From positions 41,416,001-41,480,000 of the forward strand of contig OX638159.1 of NCBI GenBank assembly GCA_951804945.1: DNA of 64,000 nucleotides. The letters are read 5' to 3'. A program made the translations under genes and the position numbers. Origin of the DNA: Podarcis cretensis. Its lineage: Eukaryota. Under the pieces are notes generated by a model. It saw only the letters and a program-made list of their open reading frames with translations. It did not search any database and was not told the DNA's origin. This document shows positions 47,354 through 59,917 of the stretch, piece by piece (the first letter of the stretch is position 1; each line of letters opens with the position of its first letter).

Positions 47354-48747
47354 GTCATGCAGCGTTTACTGATGTGTGAGAGAGAACCTCATTCATGCCA
47401 ATGAATAGTTTGCCTTTGGAGGACCACAGGTCCAACCTATGATCTAATTGTACCTCTAAATCAGTCATTGGGTGCAATCCAGTAACATGCTTTATCCTTC
47501 TGGTTTTAACATGACCTGCTCCTATACATATTTCTTTGGGCTATGTACTGCTGCGTTCAGTGGGACTTGTCCCCACGTATGCGTATAGATGGTTGTAGCC
47601 TTAATTGCTCTCAGTAACAGCTAAGAGCAAATTAGGTTAACCTTTGTGTTCCTAATTTCTAGCATTTTTTAAAAGTAGTATTTAAGTGCATAATTGCATT
47701 CTTAGTCTGAACAAGTTCAGTTGGGAACTAAGGCACAGAACTGACCTTCAGGGTCCATCTATATTCTGGACTTCATTCAGTGTATTCTGTGTTGCAGGGA
47801 GATTGAGGATGATGGTTGAACTTCATCCTCTTCTTTGTGATTGAGAACCAGAACTCAACATGCACCAGTAGGTGTTTATTTACCTCCACTGTTGAAGGCA
47901 GTATGTCCTTCAATACCAGTTGTTGGGAATCTCAAGTGGGGAGAGTGCTGTGCATATGGGGTGATGATGTATAGACCCCAGAAATAGTCCTATTGTCTGA
48001 CTGTATCTGTGTATTTCATTATGCATTTGAATTTGGAATCCCAGTATCACGCCAGACCGTTTTCATGCCATTTGTACAACACAGTCCCTCCGCCCTTCTT
48101 GCGGGGCAGGCGGGGAAAGCATTCTTCATTGATTTTCCTTTTAAAATATGTGTGCCATTGATTTGGGAGGAAAATATTTTCTCAGTCAGAGAGCCGAATG
48201 TGTGGGACTCTGACCAAACCTTGAACATTGCCACGTTCACCATCACTAGTCTTGGAGATCTGTGAACAGAATGGATGTATATAAAATAAACAAAGAGCAC
48301 TGAAGCAAAATCTTGTCCTGAGCCAATAAAGAGTAGAGCAAACAAGAAGCGAGAACCCTTGAGCTTGGTGGATATAGTTTCTTTTAATTAACTACATTGA
48401 TGGAGAGCAGGCTTTTAAAGGTCATTTCCATCAGCAGTGATATTTGATGTCTGTTGACAAATGAATGCTTTCTGCATTTTTCCCATGTCTTTGGCATGCT
48501 CTCAAATGGCTGAAGAGCACACAGTCATTGGGAAATGCAGCAACAAAACACTTAACTGTCCTTGTTCCACCATAGGCAAACATCTGAAATTCTTGATCGT
48601 GCTGTAGATTAATTTGTTTTTTCCTTCTTAAATGTTTACTCAACACACAGCTTTCTCTTTGCCTGCATATAGATATTTGACAGTAGAAAACTCAGAGTTA
48701 CTTGTCTGTTAGCCTGGAAAGAAGTGTAAGATTCCTCCACCAACTAC

Positions 48748-48790
48748 CATACTTCTAAATACATACTTCTAAATACATACTTCTAAATAC
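48748..48790. repeat. 14-bp tandem repeat (CATACTTCTAAATA)3
   Basis: Directly visible. Confidence 0.9.
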
Positions 48791-50109
48791 AGTGGTGGTT
48801 TGTGCCTATTGGGACAAGTAAGGTGGAAGGTAGGGAGCTAAACAATAGGTGCAGCCAGAACCAATGAAAGGCAGGACTGGATCCAATGGCAGAGAGAACC
48901 AACTAATTCTAATTTTGACCCCATTTTCTTCTTTGCTGCATTCTACAAGGGCAACATGGAGATTAAGGAGGAGCACAAACAGAAAGATCGTTCAATTATA
49001 TTTTAGGATGCAGGCAGGTGGGTTCAGAAGGAAGCTGCTCTTTAGGTATACTGGATGAGAAAGCTATAGTTCTCCAGAAGTTACTGGATTTTATTCCCAT
49101 AAGCCCTAGTCAGCATGGTCATTGGTCAAGGATATTGAGAGTTTTATTCCAGCAGGATTTGATGGGTCATAGGATCCCTACCTCTGATTCAGGGCTCTCT
49201 AGGTAATAACCAGTTCTGTCAGCGCAAAGGTTTCTGCTTGTGCAATGGAATGTTCTCCCACATTGCTCCCTCCAGGTTGCCTAAATCTGTTCTAGGGACT
49301 CCCTCAGTCCTCTGGAACTGATTTGGAGGAAGAGATGGGAAGTCCTGTTGTGGAATAGAAAATCCTTGGTAGTTGAATACTATGCCAACAGTTTGTAGCA
49401 TGCCTGTACACATACTGGTAATCATTCCAGGTGTTCTGAAACTGGCAAAAAAAAATGTTGCAGCAGTGTTTCTGTGGACATTCTAGATACTGTGTTCTGG
49501 ACCATGTAAAGCTTACTGAGACTGCCAAAAAGCAGCCTTGTGAACAGTATGTCACACCAGTCCATTCTTGATGTAACCAAAGCATGTGTCACTATATGAT
49601 TTCCACAGAAACGGGTGCTTATGGTGCACCTGCCTCATTCTGGGCACTGCTGTTCTCTGACCACCCAGAAGCAGCTGCCAGGAGTTAAGTCCCTGTTATA
49701 ACTGTGGCATCCAAGTCGGAGCAGTTGGAAGCAATTTTATCCACAAAATGTTTAGTAAAACTGTCGCAGCAAGTGACTGGGCATATCCTCTTCTAACAAC
49801 ATAAGGACTTTCATGATGTTACACATTCCTTACGAGTAATTGTTCCACTGGACCACTCTGTGTGAACACAATGATGGCAAAAAAGGAATATTTCTTTCCT
49901 GCTATTTCTGCCACAGAACAGGCCCACAGGTGGGCTCTAGCATGTGTTTCAGTCAGGCATGTCTTTTTTACTCCACTGTTGTATTGTTTTCCACTCTTCC
50001 CATTTCATTTCCTGACTCCCTGAAAAGGTCAGGTTGACTCTGCCGACAGGAAGAGGATTATTGGGAGTGCTTTTGTATTGTTATAAGAATTTAAGGTCTC
50101 AGATACATA

Positions 50110-50355
50110 GAAGAAGAGGAGGAGGAGTTTGGATTTGATATCCCTCTTTATCACTACCTGAAGGAGTCTCAAAGCGGCTAACGTTCTCCTTTCCCCTCCT
50201 CCCCCACAACAAGCACTCTGTGAGGTGAGTGGAGCTGAGAGACTTCAGAGAAGTGTGACTAGCCCAAGGTGACCCAGCAGCTGCATGTGGAGGAGCAGGG
50301 GATCAAACCCGGTTCACCAGTCCACCGCTCTTAACCACTACATCACACTGGCTCT
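50110..50355 (-). mobile_element. MIR/CORE-derived tRNA SINE (Squam3-like)
   Basis: Near-identical to 3308-3550, with a short deletion in the head. Confidence 0.82.
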
Positions 50356-50659
50356 ATAAATTAAATGTTCATAAATTTACAAGGCAAACACATAAATTTA
50401 CAAGGCAAACACATAAATAAGTATGTAAACCACATGTCTGAAAATAGTACAGGAGAACAACATTTGGGTGGGTGTGATACCACACAGTGGGAGGAGCCCT
50501 GATGGGGTCTGTTGTGCCCTTTGAAAGGCCCAACAGAGCCTAGTTGCAGCTGCAAGAGGGTCTAATGGAGCCTGTTGCTGCTGCTGCTGCAGGAGGGTCT
50601 GATTGGGCCCAGCCGGCTGTGGAATATTGAGGGGCCCCAGCCCCCTCATTGAAAATATG

Positions 50660-51341
50660 TGTCAGGGACATGCCCAGCAGAGAGGAATCTCCAGAGGAAG
50701 AGGAATTGGCTGCACCTGAGTCGCCAAGAAGTAGGAGGCGGAGCAAGCGATTAGAGCCGAGGCGGGCCAGCAGGAGGACGGACGTGGCGTATATCTGGCC
50801 TTGGGAGGGGTCAGAAGCCAGTTGAGTCAACTGACTCCGACGGTGAAGGATGAGTTGTGGAAGCTTGGACTGCTGTAAGCCTGTTATTGAGAAATAAACC
50901 TCAGCTACTTAAACTGCCGGGACGCAGGTGGCGCTGTGGGTTAAAGCCTCAGCGCCTAGGGCTTGCCGATCGAAAGGTCGGCGGTTCGAATCCCTGCGGC
51001 GGGGTGCGCTCCCGCTGCTCGGTCCCAGCGCCTGCCAACCTAGCAGTTCGAAAGCACCTCCGGGTGCAAGTAGATAAATAGGGACCGCTTACCAGCGGGA
51101 AGGTAAACGGCGTTTCCGTGTGCGGCTCTGGCTCGCCAGATGCAGCTTTGTCACGCTGGCCACGTGACCCGGAAGTGTCTCCGGACAGCGCTGGCCCCTG
51201 GCCTCTTAAGTGAGATGGGCGCACAACCCCAGAGTCTGTCAAGACTGGCCCGTACGGGCAGGGGTACCTTTACCTTTACCTTTACCTTACTTAAACTGCC
51301 AGCGTTCCATGTCTTGTGTGGGGGAAGCACTAAACATGACA
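50660..51341 (+). mobile_element. Solo LTR (about 300 bp net) carrying a nested Sauria SINE
   Basis: TGTCA...TGACA termini, 5-bp TSD ATATG/ATAAG (1 mismatch), AATAAA at 50893. Confidence 0.72.
50919..51287 (+). mobile_element. Full-length Sauria SINE, young CpG-rich subfamily
   Basis: gggacgcaggtggcgctgtggg...(ACCTTT)4; perfect 13-bp TSD TACTTAAACTGCC (50906-50918, 51288-51300). Confidence 0.95.
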
Positions 51342-52128
51342 ATAAGGGGCACTCCCCCCATAGATGGTATGCCTGTCCTACAGCAAACATATAAAATGTG
51401 TATGACAAATCTGCTAGCCTAGTTTTTGGAGACTCCAGAGAAGTTGAGACCGACCTTGTTAAGCTTGCCAAGAAGCCTGGTAGTCTTGCAACAACGTTTT
51501 CCTCTAGCACAGGGAACTCTTTAGAAAGTCTGTTTTAATTGCTGGCTGAGAACAAAGGCACACATTGGGAGATTAATGCATTACAAAAGGAGGGGATCAG
51601 CCTTAAAACCAGCTGTCTTCTGCTTAGGGCTGCATCAGTGTAGAATAAAATGTCAAGCGTGTTTGTGAAGGCACATTTAAGCCGCATGAAGACTGAAGCC
51701 TCTTAGCCAAAAGTGGCCCGGCACAGGAGGGGTGGAAATCCTCCTGGCCTGTGGGTGTAATACTAGCGGCAGGGAGCACCATGATCCACGTAAAGGTGAG
51801 GGCTTAGAAAGATGAACTGGTGGCGAATGATAAATGTTTGCATATAAAGCAGAGCCTTGCTTATTTTGATGAGTCAGAGTTGAATGAGGTCACCGAGTAC
51901 TTGTACATTTTTTATTGGAATATTAATGTCTGAAATTACAGACAGCCTGTCTGTGGCTGTACGCACTCCAGTCCTGATATGATTCTTTTGAAGATTCACT
52001 GGAAGTTTTTCAAAAAGGCTGAAATATATAGACTCTGCAGAAATATATAGAAGACTCTTCTGTTGTGCTAAGTGGGGAGGCAGAGCAGAAGAAGGCCAGC
52101 TTACCTTAATTGCCAGCCAGGTAATTTA

Positions 52129-52453
52129 GGGAATGTGTGGGTTAAACCACAGAGCCTAGGACTTGCTGATCAGAAGGTTGGAGGTTCGAATCCCTGCAAC
52201 GGGGTGAGCTCCCGTTGCTCGGTCCCTAGCAGTTCAAACCTAGCAGTTCAAAAGCACATCAAAGTGCAAGCAGATAAATAGGTAAATAGCATTTCCGTGC
52301 GCTGCTCTGGTTCGCCAGAAGCGGCTTAGACATGCTGGCCACATGACCCAGAAGCTGTACGCCGGCTCCCTTGGCCAATAAAGCGAGATGAGCGCCGCAA
52401 CCCCAGAGTTGTCTGCGACTGGACCTAAAGGTCAGGGGTCCCTTTACCTTTTT
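52129..52453 (+). mobile_element. Sauria SINE (different subfamily)
   Basis: gtgggttaaaccacagagcctagg...gcgctgctctggttcgccagaagcggcttag...gtcaggggtccctttaccttt. Confidence 0.9.
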
Positions 52454-53808
52454 AACAATGCAATAGACCGCCTTGTGCCTTTCTAGGACGCTTTAGTATT
52501 TCAGGACCCTTTAGTATGCACGCCTCCAGAGACCAGGCGTCCTAACCATGAGCAAAATGGAAGCTGGGTGTCTCCTCTCCTTTTTTCTTTATGTGCAGGA
52601 AAGGAGACTTGAGCTTTTATCGCAAGATTTAAGCTTTTGCTCCTCTCCCCTTCAGTGCTGCTGTTTTAGTGGTGCCTGGCCGTCTGGAATGAGTCTGCGT
52701 GCCACTTCCTCCCACAGTCCCATGGAGAGATAACCTGCAAAGCTGTGTCAGGGGGAAGGCCCTCCTCCCCTTGAGCCTGCAACAGCCTTGCCCAAGGGAG
52801 CACTGAACCCCCAAAGTCTCTTTTCATGATGTTAAACAAGTATTGCCATATATTTCTTAGATTTCTTGGATTTATTTCCCTGCTTTTATTTATCTGCCTT
52901 CAGACCCATTTAAGATTTAAACACTCTAAAACAGAAGGCCACAGGCACCAGGCTGTGGTTTTGAAGTTTCATTAAAGACCGGACAAACTTTTCTTCTTTT
53001 GCTTATGGTACTAGATGTTCTTCATTTCAAAGAATGCACGACATCTGGCAATTACACTTTCTGACCTCAAGGTTTATTATTTTAACTTTGCAAAAGGGCT
53101 GGAGCCTGGGGGGGGGGGGGGAAGCCCACTACATACTGAGCACCCAAAGAGGTTTATTCCTGCTCAGCACGTGTTGTCAGCTTTTGAAAGTGCTCATCAC
53201 CCGTGAGAGTGTAGGAAGCTGCTTCATGCATGGCTCTCCTTCCCAATACGTGATTTCAGGTGACAATGCTATGCATCCATATGGAGTGTGTTGACTAAGC
53301 TATAAACACCAGTAGAATGTCTCTCAGAGACAGAGTTCGGGGGAAACACTGTCCTTCCTTGTGTCCAGCAAGATGGATTTGCAGAGTGTGGATTGGTTGG
53401 CCCTCAAGGGTCATCATTTGTGTTTCTCAGAGCAGGGCTGATTGGTGGCCCTTGTATTGGTCAGACAGACAGCTCTCAGAGTGGGTTTTTAAATCTGAAA
53501 AGACAACTTTGTTAATTAAAATAACAACAGACCAACAAATAACGTTTTGAGCAGATAAAAATGCAAGTGAGGGGCTTGCTTGGGTGTGGCACTGTAAGTC
53601 TCCTTCCCTTTATTCTTCCATGGAAAAGGAAGGAGAGGAGGCTTGAAGTTCATCTCAGAGAGATAAAAAGCATGATGCTCATTCCAGTGGCTGTACATGT
53701 GTCCCAGAGCAGGTCCTATCATTAGGTAAAGTGAGGTGGCTGCCTCAGGTGGCATTTAAAAACCTAGGAACCTGCTTTATCCCAAATCATTTGCCTCTTT
53801 GTCTACAG

Positions 53809-54059
53809 CAGGGGTCAGCAACCTTTTTCAGCCGTGGGCCGGTCCACTGTCCCTCAGACCATGTGGTGGACTGGACTATATTTTGAAAAATATATATGAA
53901 TGAATTCCTATGCCCCACAAATAACCCAGAGATGCATTTTAAATAAAAGGACACATTCTACTCATGTAAAAACATGCTGATTCCCGGACCGTCCATGGGC
54001 CAGATTGAGAAGGCGATTGGGCTGTATCCGGCCCCCTGTCATTAGGTTGCCTACCCCTG
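53809..54059. mobile_element. Non-autonomous hAT (Charlie-like) element
   Basis: TIRs CAGGGGTCAGCAACC / GGTTGCCTACCCCTG; 8-bp TSD GTCTACAG/TTCTACAG. Confidence 0.88.
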
Positions 54060-56299
54060 TTCTACAGTGACTGGCAGCTGCTTTGCAGGATTTCAGACAA
54101 GGAACATTTGCAGCCCTGCCTGGAGATGTCAAGAGAAACCAAAATTGACAGATTTGCCTATCTGTAGGCACTAGGAAAAACTGGACTGCTCTTATTTTGT
54201 TGAGGCCACTAGCATTTCATTTTCCCTCAACTGCTTCTCTTTGTGATTCTTCCTGTGACTTTGAAAGGAAGTAGAAACAGACAGAGACATTTCTATTCAG
54301 GCTAGCTTACTTTCACCTGCCACTTTGTCACTGGTTCATGGTGGCTAAAAGGCAAAAGATTTATATGGACAGAGTTCGAGATGGTATACAGAAATGTAGC
54401 AACAGAAACCAGACCTCCAGTGTAATGGTCTTGATGTTAGTTACAAGAGTAGCAATGCAAATAAGAGTGGAGAGTGAAGTTCAGAAGATGATGGGAATGC
54501 AAATGAAATGAGTGAATGCATCACAGTTTACTTGAATGGTACGCATCATCATCTATGAACCTATATAGGTCTACTCAGAGGCAAGCCCCATTGAATACAA
54601 TGGAATTTAGGGATGCGGAAATAAGTACTTCCAGTCTGTATCAGTTTTGCAAGTAATTATTCATAGGTCCGTTCCATCCCATGTTGATCTGCATTTTTTA
54701 AATAAAAAAGTATGAACACTTGCATTACTGTTGAATTCCCCCCTCCATGATACACATTGTCTGTATGTCTTATCCCAAAATAGCATTTAAGCACACCTTC
54801 TTAGATGCGTGTTGGGTAAGATTTTTGAATCAAGAACTGTATTGCAAAATTTGGAATACTGTAAAAATGGAAGGATGACTGTGTTCAGATCTGCCTATTA
54901 ATCTGGAAACTGCAAATCAGATCAGTTCAGTTTAAAATGTGAACTGGATAAAATTCTTGAGCATTCTTAATGGGACTTTCTCTCAGGTAAACATGTATGG
55001 GACTGCATCCTAAATCACATATTCATCCAGATCAAAGGCTTCAGAAATGAACAGCTGTTTTCTACATAGGTGGTGTAAATTCAGTACAGTGGGTTGTATC
55101 CAGCACTTACAGGGAATAGATCCTCAATGCACTTAAGTTAGTAATATCATTTGATTCCTATTGGCCTACTCCAAGTATGACTTAGTTGGAAGTAACCCAG
55201 TGAATTGTCACCCTTTGTTTATACTTGATGCAACATGTTTTATTTACTGTACTTGTAATCTGTGAAGTTGCAGCCACAGTATCGTGGCATTGATAAATGG
55301 CCAGTTCTCTCATATAGGTTTAAGCAGGGTGGTCTCCTTTGCCAAGCCTGACTGGTTGATGATGAGATGGACTTGTCTCAGGTCCTTCCCTTTGGCAGTT
55401 GTAGATTGCAGAACACCAGGAGAGGCTGCAGTGGTTCCTGCTTATGGGCTTTCTTAAAAGGCAAGGCAAAGTGTTTTAAGCAAAGCTCAAGAAAGGCTCA
55501 AAGCCTAACATGTGTTGAAGCCCTGAAAATGCAGGAAATCCAGCTCTTCTTGTGTACAGTCAAGAAGGCACTGTTTCTTCTGAAATTGACACATCATCTC
55601 TCTCCCCACCACCCACCCCCGTCTTGGAACTTTCATTAATGTTCCCATGAAAGGAACATTATGTGATTATTGATAGCCTACCCCCCTGATTTTTTTCTTA
55701 GTCCAAATATAGTCCAGAACTATAGTTATGCTGTTTGATGTTCCCTCACAAGAGCAACTAGCAGGCCCTGTAAAGAGAGCAGCCTGTGATTCACTGTGTT
55801 TAGTGTTCGTTTCCTCTTTGTTTTGCCATGCATGCCTGATCCAGCACCCATTTGTTTGAGAAACAAACACAAGGCTTCATATTCTGCTACATTCTCTGTA
55901 ACCTGTGGGCAGTTTTCTGCATCTCTGATGCAATGAGGATTCCCTTTTGCCTTGTTTGCCCAGCACATGTGAGAAAACCATTTGCATGGCTCTGAAAATT
56001 GCCCTTTATTTTAATCTGCTCTTTGCATTCTTGCCATTCCCTTTAAGTGAAAATTCACCAGCATTTATAGGAATAATTTCTCCTCATGTACACATTTTTT
56101 GAAACATTCCCCACTCAACATCATGCATTTTGTGTGACGTTTTCGTTAATAGATTCATTTTTACGCAAAATTGTATGTGAATTCCAAAGGATGGCTGTGC
56201 TTTGGTTTTTGAAAGTGCAAATTAGGTAGGTTATTGTCTAAATGAATTGCACTTTTTCCTAATTCCTCCATTATGTTCTCTTTACCACTCCAAGTGGGA

Positions 56300-57194
56300 T
56301 GTCAGTGTAGAATGTTCCCACTGCTGGGATTTAACTCTCAAGACAGATGATGCGTGAAACTTCTAGCTTCTAAAATAGTTTATTGAAACACACTGTCTAT
56401 ACATACAAATTCTGTAGAGCACTGGAAACAGCTTGCACAAGCTTTCTGCCTTTCTGGTGTGGTGGTGAGAACTGAATGTAAAAGAGGAGTCTCCCTCGTA
56501 CAGCTGCTGCTAACAAGTTTCTACTCTTCTTCATGGGGCCTAGCCTGGCTCCTGTCCAAGGACAAACCACAGAGGCATTTACATATAAGTAAATAAGTAA
56601 TATTTTATTACAGCAGTCTAATGTTACAAACTCAGCAGCTAGGAAAGAGAAGACTCTAGTCCACGTGTCCTTACAAGGCGAAGGAGTAGCATCAATATAT
56701 CTGGTGTGAGAGCAAGAAGAGTCCAAGATTAGTAGCAAGACTGCAAAGTTCTATGCAGAGTTCCAGGACTGCACAGGATCAGTGAAGTTGTTCCAACAAG
56801 TATTCCCGTTTACCAGCCAAGCTTTTAAGCAGAGGTAGCTAAAGCTCAGCTGCTCGCGAGTCCCAGCCACACAGAAGTCCCTGGCCTGAAGGTAGACACT
56901 CCTCCTAGTGGGATTAGTCTCCTTTCTTCTCTTGATGCACTGCCTCTTTCTTGATGCATGCTGCTTCCTCTGAACTTTTCCGCTGTGTCACAGCGGTTTG
57001 TGCCCAGAGCTCCCCTCATCCTCCACATGCTAGGAAGGCGCAGCCCCTGGGTCTCCTGTTTTGACAGGTCTGGGCCTGCCCTGGGGGTACTGCTGCAAAG
57101 CCTCACCCTCTTCATTCTAAGACCTTGTCCTCAAGTGCCTTCCTTTCCTGGCCTGAATCAGAGCACTCAGAGGGACCAGTGCCCTTGCCAGACA
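56300..57194 (-). mobile_element. Probable solo LTR (about 895 bp)
   Basis: Starts TGTCAG and ends CAGACA, minus-strand AATAAA (tttatt at about 56379), imperfect flanks GGGA/GGAA. Confidence 0.5.
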
Positions 57195-58132
57195 GGAAGT
57201 AATATCTGTGCAAGCTGTTTCAGACTGAAATGTCAAAAGTTCAGTTTAAAAGATTAAGGTACTTCTTGCATTCTGTTTTTGAAATGAGACTTTCCAATTA
57301 CGGGGGTTATCATGATGAGATCCTGCACTTCAAAATCTGCCGCTGCATAACTGACAATAAGCCAAGGAATGGTGTGCTAGCGTGAAGTACTAGCTTAATG
57401 TAGCATGAGAGGTTTGCACTGCAGGGAAGGCAAGAGGTGGACACCTTTGGGCCAGGGATTGGGTTTTCACTTTCCCCTCTTAGAATTTATCCCATATGGG
57501 TTACCAGCAGGAAAAGGAATCACGGAATTAGTTTTTGTCAAAAATGGATTATTCTGCTTTATGGGAGGTGCTGTCATTTGCCTTTAGATAAATTTCCACC
57601 TTTTGTCACATTTGAGTATATTAGCCCACTCATTTGTTAATGAAAGCCGCTGACAATAGGACTCCAAATGGGAACGAAAGTCATGCTATTATAAAATAAA
57701 ACAGTGTTATGTAGCCAACAAGCACCAATTATAGAGGCTTAACTGCACTTCAAGGAAGTCATATCTTGCACAATGGAAAGCCTTATGTGTTAAACAAATG
57801 ATCCAACTCAGACCTCCAGCTCAATGCAAATAAAGTACAATTTAACTGTACAGCAAATTTGAATGAAGTAATAAGTTTCCATTTTGGCAATTTTTTTAGT
57901 TCCATTAAACTTGGGAAATCAACAGTTAGGTTCTATAAACTAGGAAGCATGTAAAAAAGGAAAAACTTATTCTGAAAAATGCCACTAAGAGGATTTATTT
58001 TAGCTCAAAAATGTTTCAGAATACATGTTCCTCCTTCAGTACCAAGTTACAAAAAAATGAAAAATACAGATGTCTACTATTGACAAATGAACAACATTAT
58101 ATACAGGGAAATTTCAAGTGCTTGAAACATTA

Positions 58133-58474
58133 GGTAAAGGTAAAGGTACCCCTGCCCATACAGGCCAGTCTTGACAGACTCTGGGGTTGTGCGCCCATCT
58201 CACTTAAGAGGCCAGGGGCCAGCGCTGTCCGGAGACACTTCCGGGTCACGTGGCCAGCGTGACATCGCTGCTCTGGTGAGCCAGAGCCGCACACGGAAAC
58301 GCCGTTTACCTTCCCGCTGGTAAGCGGTCCCTATTTATCTACTTGCACACGGAGGTGCTTTCAAACTGCTAGGTTGGCAGGCGCTGGGACCGAGCAGCGG
58401 GAGCGCACCCCGCCGCAGGGATTCGAACCGCCGACCTTTCGATCGGCAAGCCCTAGGCGCTGAGGCTTTAACCC
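58133..58474 (-). mobile_element. Sauria SINE, young subfamily, missing about 15-20 nt of the 5' end
   Basis: Near-identical reverse complement of the 50919 copy; short TSD ACATTA. Confidence 0.93.
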
Positions 58475-58822
58475 ACATTACAAAGAGGTAAAATATGAGC
58501 AGTGTTTCAGAGCATGCTATCAAAGTAAGCAGTGGATGAGGCAATTTTTTGAAGAAAAAAAATGGTCTACATAACCTGAAACCGTCTGAAAAGTTTAAGA
58601 GATGCTAATTTTTTTTTTTTTTTAAAAAAGATCATGTGTAAAACATTGCTGGGAAATGAAAATAAAACCCAGAGTACAGACCATGGTAGGCTAACTAACA
58701 TGTACGTCATCACATTGTTTGAAGAAGGCCGAGCGCTCTGGAGAAGCTGACCACTGAAGCCACACTGTGCTTGACTCCACGTATGGCCTCATCCGCCCCA
58801 ACAACAAATATTGGAGTCAAAG

Positions 58823-59053
58823 CAGTGCTGGATTAAATCCTGTGGAGGCCCCTAGGCAGTTGAATTCTCGGGGGGGGGGCTTTCAGATTATCTCCTAATA
58901 CGTTTGGTGGGATAGCATTGAACTAAGAAAGCTTGATTATAATTTTCTTTCAAGATCAAATCAGTATTATTTTGATCCATTGTTGTGGGCCCCCTAAAAG
59001 GTGTGGGGCCCATAGGCTGGTGCCTAAGCTGCCTATTTGGTAACCCAGCATTG
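58823..59053. mobile_element. Old hAT-like non-autonomous element
   Basis: TIRs CAGTGCTGGATTA / TAACCCAGCATTG; flanks AGTCAAAG/GGCCAAAG (6 of 8 match); internal GGCCC repeats. Confidence 0.65.
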
Positions 59054-59247
59054 GGCCAAAGACACCTCAGCCCCCTAGAGTTGGTATGCCCGGGCAACCC
59101 TATAATAGGAGTTTCCTGGGCACTTAGAGGGATTAAAACAAGCAACACTATTATAAAATCACAAATCACTTTTAGTGATAAAGTCTACTTTTCCAGCCAT
59201 TCTTCACAGTGTGGTTAACTTAGAACACAAGGAGGTATATTCACAAT

Positions 59248-59670
59248 GAGAGATGGGAGAGATGTTTGATTCAGTTGGCATTTAAAAGCAAGCCTTCCTA
59301 ATTCACTTTCCAAAACAATATGCAAACCCGGAACGCAGTCATCCTTCAAAATTTGCCCTTCTATTAATTTTGCATTGCAGTTTTCCAGCCAAGTAATATG
59401 CTCAAAAATGCATATTCTGGGGCATAGTGTGCATAAAAATAAACACATCTGAGCAAAAAAAATTGCACAAATTGATTGCATTAGAGAAGAGTGCTTTGCA
59501 AATATTTGCAAATTAGGCAAAATTGTACACAAAGCCTTTCTATTAGGAGAAATTCACTGATGGATATTCATGATTTGAAAAAAATGATCACAAACTGATG
59601 CAGAAATGTAGAGAAGTATGGAAAAATGAGAAGCTGAGCGAAACCATAACTGATGGATTTTCCCATCCCT
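59248..59670 (-). mobile_element. Family B repeat, most complete copy
   Basis: Short inverted termini AGAGATGGGA / TCCCATCCCT; the body aligns with 19925-20270. Confidence 0.65.
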
Positions 59671-59696
59671 ATTGGCAATGTAGTATCATGCAGGAG

Positions 59697-59917
59697 AATA
59701 ATAATAATAGTAATAATTTATTTATACCCCGCCCATCGGGTTTCCCCAGCCACTCTGGGCGGCTTCCAACGAAAATATTAAATTACTGTACTACATCAAA
59801 CATTAAAAGCTTCCCTAAACAGGGCTGCTTTCAGATGTCTTCTAAAAGTCTAGTAGTTGTTGTTCTGTTTGACATCTGGTGGGAGGGCATTCCACAGGGA
59901 GGGCGCCACTACCGAGA
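59697..59917 (-). mobile_element. L2 LINE 3' end
   Basis: Reverse complement of the 3655-3908 family with an (AAT)n tail. Confidence 0.82.
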
